A stretch of DNA of 63,332 bases, counting the filler, from Globobulimina sp. (lineage: Eukaryota), in the NCBI GenBank assembly GCA_003354225.1. It is 28 parts of 28 records of this genome, joined end to end, with 100 filler letters (N's around TTAATTAATTAA, not from the genome) between each part and the next. Parts side by side here need not be neighbours in the genome. Positions count along the whole stretch, not along the records: positions 45,318 to 47,482 come from PIVH01008502.1; positions 47,583 to 49,747 come from PIVH01008503.1; positions 49,848 to 52,012 come from PIVH01008504.1; positions 52,113 to 54,276 come from PIVH01008505.1; positions 54,377 to 56,540 come from PIVH01008506.1; positions 56,641 to 58,804 come from PIVH01008507.1; positions 58,905 to 61,068 come from PIVH01008508.1; 21 more parts are not named here. The stretch is one strand, 5' to 3'. Numbering within the stretch: the stretch's first letter is position 1; each line of letters begins with the position of its first letter. The notes below the pieces were generated by a model. It was not told the origin of the DNA. It worked only from the letters and a program-made list of their open reading frames with translations, and ran no database searches. Made by a program: the position numbers and the translations under genes. Positions 47,189 to 59,918 of this stretch are shown here, piece by piece.

Positions 47189-47970
47189 TTTCTTTCGTTT
47201 TTCATAATTATTGTAACTTAGTTATTACATATATTTATTGTATAGTTTATTTTGTGATAGTTTCATATTTTGCGTGTTGTTTGTTTGTTTGTTGGTTTTT
47301 GCTATTTTTTTATTTTTAGGTTTAAATTGTAATAAATTTCTGTTTTTTTTCTCCTTTTTTTTTGGGTTTCTTTTTAATTTTTCCCTTTTCCGTATCAATT
47401 TAAATTTTTTTTTTGGTTTTGAATCATGCACTTGATCGTTATCAAGCAATCTACGCACCTTCTTCTATTGTTTGGTTTTCATNNNNNNNNNNNNNNNNNN
47501 NNNNNNNNNNNNNNNNNNNNNNNNNNTTAATTAATTAANNNNNNNNNNNNNNNNNNNNNNNNNNNNNNNNNNNNNNNNNNNNGCCAGTAATCTAAAAAAA
47601 AATTTTTTTGTCCCTTAACCTGTACATCGTTGATCATACTACGACACCAATTGGTGATCATGTTTTGCTATTTTCGTTTCAGGAACTATCGGGTTACTGT
47701 AGGGCGGAAATTTGATTTGCCCATTGAGGTCAAGAAACAAAAAATGGGCCCTTATGGTCGTACTCCAGTAACTGGACAAGCGAGAACACAGTTATGACAC
47801 ATTCCAGTTATGGCTCTGGCCAGTTATGACACAGGCCAGTTTTGGCACATGCCGGTTACGGCAAGATATGACACACCAGCAGCGCACGCAACGCGCTATC
47901 TTCGTTCTCGAGGCAAGTGCGACGAGCACGGAGCGCCGCGCACGCGCTACTGTTTCATAATTCGGCACGT

Positions 47971-47979
47971 TATATAAAA
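47971..47979 (+). promoter_or_regulatory. Candidate TATA box upstream of the F-box gene
   Basis: TATATAAAA follows a GC-rich patch, about 165 bp upstream of the ATG. Confidence 0.35.
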
Positions 47980-48141
47980 CCGATTTGTTGTATCTATAAA
48001 TTAGATCGGTCTTGTGCTTACTGGTATTGTATTTCGTATCGTATTTCAACAGTATTACTGTTTAGTTATCTTTGAATTATCGTTCATACAATGTACATAC
48101 ATACATATTTTTAATTTAAGATTCAATCGGAAAAGCAAATA

Positions 48142-49747
48142 ATGATACACTTGATGGATCTTCCAGATGAATTGTTGCAAAAGATATTCTCTTACATTAC
48201 TCATATTTCTGAAAAAATTCAATTGGAACAAGTTAGTAAAAAAGTGAAAAGTATATCATCCCATACTCAAAGTTGGAAAGGAATACATACACTTGATTTG
48301 GGTTAGTTGTATTTTTAAGTGTTTTTTCTCTTAGGCTTATGCCACCATGTCCCCTATGGGAGGGACCAGTCTTGAAGAAAATACATTTTTGGCAAGGAAA
48401 ATCATTTTTGCCTTAAATTTATTGTGCTCTACTAAGAATCAACACAAATTCTTGGTTTTAACCCACCTCAAAATATTGGACACGTGACTGGAGTTAGTTA
48501 CCTCGGGATGCCCCTGGTACATGTGCCAATGCATATGTCACCCCCTAATAAACTAAACGATCGATAATTTTGAAAAGTTGTAAACGGCTTGTCATCTACA
48601 TATGTATTTTCGCGAGACACTGTACGAGCTGGTCTATCTTTTATTGTAGTGTAGTACTTTTGACCATACATATATTATGGTAATCGCTTGTATACTGTGT
48701 GGTACGGGGTATTAGGAAATTAGGAAATTTTCGACTTTTCGGATCCCACTTTCAAATTTTGGACCTCGACCCCCCACTACGATCGAGCCTACCCATGTAT
48801 GTGATGAAACACACCTAGAGTTAGTGTATAGCACGATTTTATTCCTTATAATTTGAATATTTATTTTTTTTAGGATTTCGTTGTGAGAAAGATCATATTC
48901 CTTGTAGATTGAACAAGAAATACAAAATTAAATATGAAAAGTGGCCGGCTGCTGTTCAACAATTACTCCAAAGAACAGAAATACGTAGATTGATAGTACG
49001 TTACGGTTACGACGATAATGGTTATTCTGTACATTTTCACGTTTTGGATGTTTTGAGAAGAAATACGAATAAATTAAAGATAGAATGTCTAAAGTTTTTT
49101 GATGTTGACGAAGGATCTTGCAAACATTGCGGATACTACATGGATGGACCTATGATTGTATTTCTACAACCGTACGATGGACAACCAATGAAATATTTTT
49201 TAAACGTTTGTCTAGAACTTTCTACTGTTCATTTGAAAGTATTAATGTTGCAAGGTGTCACTTGGAAAATTATGTTGTCAGAGGACAGTACTTTGTTGTC
49301 AAATATTGATCAATGCAAGAATATAAATTATTTCGGATTTCAATTTATCGATCATGAAACCGAATATTATCCAAATCGAAATTTTTATCAATATCTTCCC
49401 AAAGCTATCATTGGAAGAAAATCTCTTAAGAAACTAGTGTTTGCCAAAATTGACCAACCCATATTCGTGAATGTTATTAGAAATACACTAAATGGTTTAA
49501 AAGGTGGAGTGGAACATTTAGTGCTTAAGAGAAAAGAATCGTTTTCATGGCCAAGTTTTCTTCAAACTATCGATTTGAATACATTTTGTCGAATGTTAGA
49601 CGAAAATTCTAGAGAAAAACTCAAATTATTGACGGTAACTGGTTTGTTCGAAGATGTCATGATGCATTGCCATTATTTACCATCCATGTTACCAAATCTC
49701 TATAAATTGGAAGCATCTAGAGCTATAATGCACTTTGAAGATTACGA
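48142..49747 (+). CDS. F-box protein with degenerate LRR region (intron 48302-48873, 3' truncated)
   Basis: MIHLMDLPDELLQKIFSYI...LEQVSK F-box. The phase-1 intron joins in frame to ORF 48909. Confidence 0.85.
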
Positions 49748-49847
49748 NNNNNNNNNNNNNNNNNNNNNNNNNNNNNNNNNNNNNNNNNNNNTTAATTAAT
49801 TAANNNNNNNNNNNNNNNNNNNNNNNNNNNNNNNNNNNNNNNNNNNN

Positions 49848-49966
49848 ATGTAAATCAATATATATATATAGTCATATAGTCAGTATTCATTAATATAATT
49901 AATATAATTGATTTGTTGGTTGTTTTGTTTTGTTGTTTTTGTTGTCTCTTTCTTTTCATCATCAGC
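49848..49966 (+). repeat. 119-bp terminal direct repeat, copy 1
   Basis: Identical to 51894-52012, the other end of the same contig. Confidence 0.97.
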
Positions 49967-50096
49967 CCTTTCATAATCAAATACAACCTGTGATTATGGC
50001 ATACCGTATATTTTTATAACATGTTTTGTCTATAATTAGAAATTTGAACCTATTTACATTGCAGACCAGTGAGATCACAAAATTATTATTATTACC

Positions 50097-51005
50097 ATGC
50101 AAGAAACTGTACCACCAGAAATTGAGGAAAATGAAATGAGACAAAAACAAGAAAGTACAGAACAGCTTCAATTATGTCCAATACCAACAACATTTGATGA
50201 TTTTATCGGTACAGAGTTGAGCATTGAGGAGAAACTAAGATTACGAAACGATTTATTAACGTTACCACCAACTAAATTAGCGCAAGTTATGTGCGTGTTA
50301 CGAAAAGCACAACCACAAAATATTAAAGTTAAGTAATTTTATTTTTGTTTATTTGGTATCTTTCTAACTAAAATTAATCATAAACAGCAACATGGTGATG
50401 AATTAGAAATTGATTTGAAGAATTTAAATACTAAGACCTTAAGACATTTACAGCATCATATTACGAGTGTATTTACAGCATTAAATATTAATCAACCACC
50501 AGCTGCAGCACCTTTTGTGTCGCCAGCTATATTACAATCAATGTATAACGATCAAACGTTTATAGTTCAACCCAATGGCAATGTACAGCAACAACCAATC
50601 TACAGCCAACATCATAATCATAATCACCATAATTATCGCAAACCACGGCAAAGACGCCAAAGACGCAAAGATATTTTAGACAAAAATCAAAGAGAAATTA
50701 GTGACGCAGACAAAGCAGAAATGACAAATATTTGCAACAAAGTGGGTATTCAACAAGGTATGAATATTTCCACTCAATTATATGGTTTTGATGAACATGT
50801 TGCCGTTTATCGCAAATTATTGCAAATCATCGCAGAGCAAAATGTAAATGATCAAAATAAAATGATTGAGAACTTAGGAACTAACAAATTGAGAGATATT
50901 AAAACTAAGCTGGCGAGTTGTGGCAGAGTTGGAAGAAAAAGTGAAATGATGCTTGGCATCAAAAAGGAATTACCGAACTTAATGCACAATTATACAGATA
51001 ATTAG
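50097..51005 (+). CDS. ET (extra-terminal/NET) domain protein with SAP-like C-terminus (intron 50328-50387)
   Basis: LSIEEKLRLRNDLLTLPPTKLAQVMCVLRK...|...DELEIDLKNLNTKTLRHL matches the BET/TAF14 ET consensus. C-terminal NLGTNKLRDIKTKL...GRKSEMM is SAP-like. Confidence 0.8.
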
Positions 51006-51119
51006 AAATTGTAATTATTTAAACGTAATATTAATTTTATTTTTGTTTAAGTATATATTAAATCTTGAAATCTTGATATATATTATATATATATATACTG
51101 AATCAGTGTAATTTCGTGT

Positions 51120-51739
51120 GTACAGTGATGTATCGGATAAGATGAAGACGGTGTGATCAAAATATTGGTATGATCATGGTATGATCAAATATTTTTTTTG
51201 GTATGATCATGGTTGTGATTACAATATAATACAGCTTGCAATTTGTAGCTTAACATCACATAAACTGGTACAACAATGTGGTCATTGGATTACAAACTGG
51301 ATATTTTGTTACAATGTGCATTATGTGCCAACCAATCAGCACGTACACAATACTATGGTTCGCAGGCTGTAAATGAATATTTTTTATAATTTTCTGTTTA
51401 TATGCCACGATGTGATTTATAATTTTCGTGTTTTACAGAAGAAAAATGACGGCAGCGCTGCAACAGCATGCTCTCGTTATGAATTATTCGATGCTGTGAC
51501 GAGAAATGGCAGTACTTCATCCTATACAAAGTTTATGACAGCAGCAATCAGTTTGTAGTCTCGTTGCTTATCCTCCAAGTATTTATCAGCGGGGAGCTAG
51601 AGCGAAAAATAATTAATTTAAATGACGTAATTTGCGGCAGATTTGTAGTTATGAAAACAGATTTGCGGATGTCTTTGTATCTTGTTTGAAATTATGGTAC
51701 AGTGATGTATCGGATAAGATGAAGACGGTGTGATCAAAA
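51120..51739 (+). repeat. 43-bp direct repeat pair (51120-51162, 51697-51739)
   Basis: GTACAGTGATGTATCGGATAAGATGAAGACGGTGTGATCAAAA occurs twice. Confidence 0.93.
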
Positions 51740-51893
51740 ATTTACATATTGGTAATATTTAAAGGGGAACATGTCCGGTCATATTGGTAATATTGGTAAT
51801 ATTTTATTTTGGTAATTAAATGCATTAAAATTTACATGCAGAGCATGGGATTGTCATATGGTTATAAGTACTCCATATGGTCATATGGTTATA

Positions 51894-52012
51894 ATGTAAA
51901 TCAATATATATATATAGTCATATAGTCAGTATTCATTAATATAATTAATATAATTGATTTGTTGGTTGTTTTGTTTTGTTGTTTTTGTTGTCTCTTTCTT
52001 TTCATCATCAGC
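51894..52012 (+). repeat. 119-bp terminal direct repeat, copy 2
   Basis: Identical to 49848-49966. Confidence 0.97.
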
Positions 52013-52421
52013 NNNNNNNNNNNNNNNNNNNNNNNNNNNNNNNNNNNNNNNNNNNNTTAATTAATTAANNNNNNNNNNNNNNNNNNNNNNNNNNNNNNNN
52101 NNNNNNNNNNNNTAAAAAATAAAATAAACATACTGATTGACAAAAAAATATAAAATAAGCGTAATATTTGCGATGGGTTTGATTTAATTCCTTGTTTAAT
52201 ATCATTGATTTCCATTTGATATTTATGTATCACATCATATTAGGATTCAACATATTTTTGAGATAATATTTTATGGAAATGTAAGGGATTGATGTAGTTG
52301 GTTTAAAAAAGTTTTACTGTTTCACTATTTTATGAGAATGGGCGGTGCCAGCAGTAATTTAGATTATCCTTTAAAAGATTCATTATGTGTTTCCTGGAAT
52401 ATTTTGCTGTTATTTTTAATT

Positions 52422-53891
52422 ATGAACGCCGTTGTTAAAAAGATAATAATTTTTGGTTTTATTAAAAAAAAAAGAGAACCAATTTCACGTCAAATATATG
52501 ATGTAAAAAGTAGAAAGAAACGCTGGCAATATAATTCCTTACCTACCCAAGACAAAAATAAATATCTATTACAATATCAAACATTAATTTATCAGCGTTT
52601 ATCCAACATATTACCTCATGACATCAGTTTAATTGTGATTGGCTATTATATTCCAAATGAAATAAATGATAAAACTCATATTCAAATTAGTACAAAATCA
52701 GAAACAAAAAATGTTGAAATGACAAAATATAAAAACAAAAACGTTAAGAAACATTCTCTGCAGTTTATATAAACAAAAACAAAAACGAAAATATAGAAAA
52801 GGTCAAAATTACAAGAAAAGTTCAATGAAGAAATTAAAATTAATGTTCCTGAACAGGTATCAATGAAAAACGAATTATTTACAGATTTTGCGCGATTTGA
52901 GAAATGGTGTTATAATAACAACAATGAGTTAGACGCAGATCGTAAAGAAGAAATTGAAGAATTTTTAAAAAAGAAGCCGCCGCGACGCAGACGGAGGAAC
53001 AGAGCGAATTTAACTATTCCAAAATATGGTGACCAATATCTGAACATCATAACTAGGATTATGAACTCTTGCTATTTGCCACAGCACAATGAAAAATATG
53101 TGGATATAGAAATGGAAAAGAAATTAGAAATGGCATATGCCAAAGATCATAAATGGAGATTAATTGAAACACTTTATGTTTTAATGAAAAACATTATGAT
53201 ATTTATATCATTTATAGTGATGTGGCAAGCATTTATTGAATGGTATCCGACACAGAAAAGTGGTTATTTACAATTTATAGGCTTTTTAATATTGTTCCAT
53301 TATCACCCATCCATAACATCAATTAACTTGATGCGTTGGATCAAATTAGAAGAATATTACTATGGTATGTTGCCATGTGCATCTCCGATATTCATTCCAT
53401 TAATATTATGGTCAAAACGGAAGGAAAGAAAGAAATTTAAAGATAGTCATAGTGCGACAATATTATATTATGATGAAATGTTAAGAATATTTACATTTGT
53501 CAATTATTGGATGGGTATCTATGGAATATGGTTATTAGCAATGCCCTTTGTATTTGGTGGTGGTTTCTGGTTCATTCATATTATGTGGGCAGTATATCTT
53601 GGAATTGGTGTTGTGATTTGTTGTTTTGTTGGATTTGCGCATCTTTTATGTACAAAATGTTTTAACAATAATGATTGGGCGGATCCATGGGCCGCACAAT
53701 CAAGTTTATGGATATTGACATTTTTTTATCACACAACAGGTGTTATGTATATCATTGGTTTCGTGTTTCATAATCGTACGGGAACAGATTGGCTGCAAAT
53801 ATGGATAGGGACATATTGTAATAATAAAGTTGTTTCATTGGATTTGAGTGATGCAAGAGTTATATTGATTGTGCTTTCTTGGATATTGTGA
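52422..53891 (+). CDS. Multi-pass membrane protein (probable intron near 52743-52796; start uncertain)
   Basis: Two ORFs can be joined by GTTAAG...TAG; 6-7 hydrophobic helices in the C-terminal half. Confidence 0.65.
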
Positions 53892-54534
53892 ATGATGTTT
53901 CCCACATCATATGATTCAAAAACTTCCACTCTGTATATATATTTGTATACTTTAGAATAGGACGTGTTTATAATACAGCGTGTTTAATAGTATTTTACCC
54001 ATATTCAGTAATATCGAGACTGGGTAACGTGTTTCCAGAAACAAAGTTTTTCACGTCGAGGGGGCGGGCCAACTGAATATGGGTACAATATTTTTCCCAA
54101 AAAAAGACCCTACAGTGAATCCATCGGAGCATGAGAAAAAAAATAATATTCCAGCGATATTTTTGAAATTATAAATATGATCATGTACATATTTATAATT
54201 TCAGAGGTATTGATTTGTTTCATGGGACATAAAATATAACAAAACACAAAACAAAACAAAACAGATAATATAGATTNNNNNNNNNNNNNNNNNNNNNNNN
54301 NNNNNNNNNNNNNNNNNNNNTTAATTAATTAANNNNNNNNNNNNNNNNNNNNNNNNNNNNNNNNNNNNNNNNNNNNGTGTGTTTTTAATGTTTCACCGCA
54401 TTCAAATAACTGATTAATGCCGATGACCCATACTGTATTATTACGTATTTTGCTGAAAAATTGTGACATGCTTAATTATATATAATTAATCAGCATGAAA
54501 AAAAAACAAAATACAAATCAGCCTCTTGGATTAA

Positions 54535-56540
54535 ATGCAAAGCAAGGTAGAATTCAAAGAAACATCGGTGTCCGTAGCAGAATGGTTATCAGCCAGATAT
54601 CTATTACGTTCATTACCAACTACTGTGATAGAATCATGTTTTGATAAAATTATCCATTCGTTTAAAACAAAAATTGATGTAATTTCAACATTAGTTCGTG
54701 CATCGACAGCGGACCAAATTACAAATATTATTAGCATTTTAAACGATGCACAAATTAAAGAAATTGAAAAAAATAATCATAAAATAATGGGTCAATATTA
54801 TGATGAAAATGATGCCAAACGGTCATATTTTGATTTTTTATCAGAAAATTCTGTAATTAATATTTGTGAATATTTGGAGAAATGTGATTTATATAAATTA
54901 AGAATGACATCGATTTCAAATTCATTGATTGTTTTTGATATAATGAAAAGTTTCAAAGTTGGTGTTTGTAATTTAAATGAGTTAATTGAACAAAATGAAT
55001 ATAAATACGCAATAAATCAGCAATTAAATAATAACATCAAAATGAATTTTATTAAACCATTTATTAAATACAAAGCATTATTAAATATGTATTCCGATCG
55101 ATATCATATTGATACAAATAATATATTCCTATTAAAATCATGCAAATTAAATAATATTAAAAAGATAAACGACAAAAACTTTAAATGTTTAATTTGTGGA
55201 AAGGCGTTTAAAGCGATGCATTATATTCTAAAACATATGAGAATGAAGCACGGAATTAATGAACAGCTTATATTCAATGCAAAAGTTGTTACAAATATGA
55301 TAAAATTTAGTCAAAGTAAAATAGAGAAAAACACATGTTTTTGGATATTGGACAAATCCAAAACATTGATATTAAACAATAGCAACAAATTGCAATTTAT
55401 GTCTCAAGATAACACATTAAGCAAATCTCATCGTTATCGACCTGTAATATTGCGATATTTTGATGCTCAGCAACAAAAATTACAAAATGTACAGTTTTTG
55501 TGGTTGGAAGTCGGTATTTCTTTTGATCGAATTCAAAGTTATATATTTCAAATGCAATCAATTTATAAAAAAACATATCCTCATTCATCATTTTCATTTA
55601 TTACAAGATTGTTATACAAATTAAATGGTTTAAAACAGGTTGGATCAGGTTCTCAATGTAAATTAATTAGAATATATAGCAGTTACTCCGATTTTACTTC
55701 AACTGATCCAATGTTGGGGTCGTTGGAATCGCGCAAAAATTATAATTTTGGAGTTATGACATTTGAAATAAATTTCCTTCATACTTATTTTATACATTTT
55801 AGACCAATGCATTTAGGTCAAACATTCCATTCTAATGTTAAAGAATTTATAGCCGACCGGTTGCAGCAATTTTGTATTAAAATCAAAAGCATTCACAACA
55901 AACATATATTAATGACACAAATGGAACATTATAAGTGTTGCCAATATAACAATCACTTCCTATCAAGTGATGAAATCGAAGTAACTGTCACTCCGTTATC
56001 TACATTTTCAATGGTTCGAGAACAAATTTCATCCTTTTTTAACTATACTGTGCCGGCGAGAAATATTCAAATCTATAAATGTTGTGATAACCAATGGGGA
56101 TGGAACGCGTCGCCAAAACAAAATGATGTAATTTCCATTCATTCGGAATTAGATCATTTTATATCATCAAAACAATCGCAGTCAAAAAAAGCTATAATAT
56201 TTCCGTCTCAATATTTTTGGGAAATAGTTGTTTATGACACAATGCACGATGAACAATATAATATTTATAATTTAGCTATTTACTCATATGACATTGATAT
56301 GGATGACTTTGTCAATATTTTTACTTTTCCAAATACTCCACATACAAAATTTTATGTTAATTACCAACCTGAACATGACAGTGATGATGAATGTAAATCT
56401 AATAATTATTCATTTGGTGTCGATGCATTTATACATAATACAATCGATGCAATGTCTCATTCATTGTATGGGGATATATATGAATCAGTAATTAACAGAT
56501 TTAAAAATAAAGAGAAATATGCTTTTGTTGTTATGAATGA
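54535..56540 (+). CDS. Hypothetical protein with F-box-like segment and C2H2 zinc finger (3' truncated)
   Basis: FDFLSENSVINICEYL...L..LRMTS and CLICGKAFKAMHYILKHMRMKH in a long intronless ORF. Confidence 0.7.
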
Positions 56541-56642
56541 NNNNNNNNNNNNNNNNNNNNNNNNNNNNNNNNNNNNNNNNNNNNTTAATTAATTAANNNN
56601 NNNNNNNNNNNNNNNNNNNNNNNNNNNNNNNNNNNNNNNNAC

Positions 56643-58601
56643 CGACGCAAATCCAAAAGAACCCAAACGGAGAGCAAATAGCTCAAAAACAAGTACAAAA
56701 AGACAGAAATCCGCAGGAGAGTCTCGAAACGGATTGAAATCCAAAGTAAATCACTCAAAAAACCATCGGCAAAACCATCCAAACCCACTACAAAAAGAGA
56801 AAATCGATTGCGCGCACCAGCAAAAGCGAGGAAAACCAATGAGTTTTTTGTAGATCGTCCACGCTCCAAATCGCCCCAACCGCCCATCTCATTATCGCCG
56901 CAACCACCGGTACGCCCACGCTCTAAATCGCCGCAGCCGCCCATTGTGTTGTCCTCGTCGCCGGCGCCGGTCTCTGTGCTTGGCCTTCGATCCAAGTCAC
57001 CGTCGCCGGCACCATCGCCGCTGGCGGCAAATATGGAGATAGATTTCAAAGAGATGGATTTGAATATGTTGTACGCGATGTATGTGGACATCAAGCGGTG
57101 CAAATGGAATATTGGCAGCAAGGTGGAGATATTCAGCGTGTCGCAGAGTTTGTGGAACCGGGGCAAAGTGACGAAAATATCTCGCGACTTCCAAGGGGAA
57201 TATTTGACGGTGATTTACAATGATAAACAAAAGACATTGTTGCGAGGAGACGAGCATTTGAGGGCGGTCCAAATCGATTTGTGTGATGACAGAATGAAGG
57301 AGAAAACGATAGAGTTCATTAAGAAAAATGGGCGCTACAAAGAGGAGAAGCTGCAGAGAGCGAAGAATGAGATGTTTTATGTGGCGCAAAAGTGTGAGAT
57401 CAAAGACCCGAAATATGGCTGGTCGTGGTGCGAGATCTTGGAGATATTTCGCGATGCAAAGGGCGAGTTTGTCACTATCGAGTATAAGGTCTATGACGTG
57501 ATGCACAATGATGCGCAGTACAAACGGTACCATATTCCCATTGCTTTCAAAGCCTTAAAAGCGTCGTTGCCCCGCGACGTCGGCCCGGTGTTGGACCATA
57601 AATGGAAGGTATTGCTAAAAACAAACCACGCGTATCCTCAGCAATCGACTTGCGATCATATGGCAGCGCGAAACGTGGAGCTCGGATCGATGGGCGATTT
57701 CTATAAACGATATAAGATCTCCTTTGCGCAGCATATCCCCGACGCCGTCTGTAAATTGATTGAGTCGCAAAACATCAAAATATACGCAATCTTGGTGTTA
57801 GATTTGGAGAACACACTGATTCCCAGCAAATTGATACGGAGCATCAAGAAAAAGAACGACATTGCGAGCTCGCGAGAGTTGTTCACGAATTTCGACGTTT
57901 GGTGCTATGATACGGACTATAAATATTTGAAGCAGTTGCAGCGAATTATGAAGCAGACGGCGGAGACTATGAATACTTTCGTGAATAATTTCCGAGGCAA
58001 AATAATGATTTATTCGCAAGGCCAATATGTAGCGTGGAACAATTTAATTAATTGTTTGTCAGAGAGTGCTGGCGGCGATTTGTGGAGAGATATTTACAAA
58101 AAAGCAGTGAATAAGAATGGCAGTGATATTATGAGTATTTTTGCCTGCAAAAATGTGTACATTCAACACATCGAACAAGAGTTGGATATGGATGATATTA
58201 ATGACATTATTGCCGCCAAACAGTTGGTGTTGGAGGAATATTTTAAATCTATTCAAATGGGACTGGAATATGAGAGGTTGAAGAATGAGACTTATTACAT
58301 ACCGGTTATATTTGCAGCAGGCGATGACAAATCGGATCAGATCGCGGTGAGTCAAGCCGTCCACGGCGTGTTTCAGAATTTTTATAGATTGGTTAACTTC
58401 GAATTGGTGAGAAATAAACAAAAAATCGGCGACAAGACCTTATCGGATAATATTTTAAGACAATCTTTGTTTGATACCATGAACCATCCGCATATTCAAC
58501 AGTTTATGGCTGATAACGACAACGATTCGTTTAAAAAGGATACATGGCACGGTTTGTTTGGTGGGGATATGCAATATATGCACCAATTGGAAAAAATATA
58601 A
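56643..58601 (+). CDS. Pro-rich repeats + two Tudor/Agenet-like barrels + HAD-like domain (5' truncated; in-frame TAG at 56679-56681)
   Basis: PRSKSPQPP twice; WNIGSKVEIFS...W..GKV...YLTVIY and a second similar copy; ILVLDLENTLI (motif I-like) and FAAGDDKSD (motif IV-like). Confidence 0.7.
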
Positions 58602-58904
58602 ATAGTCAGTCAATTCTTTTCTTATTTTTTAATTTTATTTTTTTTTTATTGTTTTTTCGCTTCTTTTTTTTTTGTAATTGTTTTTTTTTGTATGTTTTAT
58701 TATTAGTTATAGTGCATGAATAATTATTGTGTCATTAAATTGAAAACAATTTATCACATTAATTTGAAAAACCTTTACTGAGCAGCATGGCTTCCATGGG
58801 AACANNNNNNNNNNNNNNNNNNNNNNNNNNNNNNNNNNNNNNNNNNNNTTAATTAATTAANNNNNNNNNNNNNNNNNNNNNNNNNNNNNNNNNNNNNNNN
58901 NNNN

Positions 58905-59846
58905 ATCCTGCAAATTAGAAGGGAAAAATGGAGTCAGTAAGATTGAAATTCTTTGCATTTTCGGTAATATTACATCGCGCTTTTCATATTTAATCGCTTC
59001 CATGATTTCATCACAAACATATTCTGGTTCTAACATCTTTGTACCGGTAAACAATGTTGAACCCAAATAATTTTTATATGTTGCACCTGCAAACATTCCA
59101 CTATTCTATACATAAAATATAAATAAAATGTATAACTAAAATATATACGTATACAGTACCATTAAACCCGGAAATATTGAAGAAAATACAATGCCTTCAT
59201 CTAATCCTAAATCGATTAATTCCCTTTTTACGCTTTGATCCAAAGAGCGTGCGGCTGCTTTCGAAGCGCCATAATCTGTTTGATGTGAAATAGCACAAAA
59301 AGCTGCCGTACTGACAATGCTTACAATGTGGCCACTCTTTTTTTGAATCATTCTTGGCAAAAACGCTTTTAATGTCCAATATTGAGAAATAACATTAACA
59401 TCAAATGTACGTCTTATATCTCGTTCTGACAATTCGAATAAAGGACGCCCTGCAACCACCCCTGCATTGTGTATTAATATATCAACATTACCAAATTTTG
59501 ATAAAATTAATTTTGCTTCGGCATCAACTTTTGATTTATTTGTAACATCGACAAAAAAAGCATATATTGCACCACCATTTGCATTTGCTTTTATTGCAGC
59601 ACATTGTTTAAGTGCTTGTTTATTAACATCCCATATAATTACAATGCTTCCCTCATCATAACATCTCATTGATAATAACTTGCCGAGTCCGCATGCTCCG
59701 CCTGTGACTAACACAATTTTGCCTTTTAACGATTTCGGAGTTTTTAACCACTCTTTTGCCGTATTATATGTCGAAAGTAATCCTATTGTTGATAAGAATG
59801 CTGCTGTTTTTGGGTTCTGGGAACACCAATTTAAAACGGATGACAT
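58905..59846 (-). CDS. SDR of the RDH10/17beta-HSD11 type (intron 59159-59106, 3' truncated)
   Basis: VTGGACGLG, HNAGVV, YGASKAAA and PGLM|NSGMF. Confidence 0.93.
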
Positions 59847-59918
59847 GCTTTAACTTAAGCATGCAAAGCAGAAAAAGACGTTTTTTGGTTCAAAAACTTA
59901 GTTATCAACGGGTTGAAG

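Noticed and set aside
16730-56681. Alternative genetic code (TAA/TAG read as Gln)
   Set aside because: Conserved genes such as NTF2 end in TAA at the expected position, and long Gln-rich ORFs such as the dynamin use CAA/CAG with no internal TAR.
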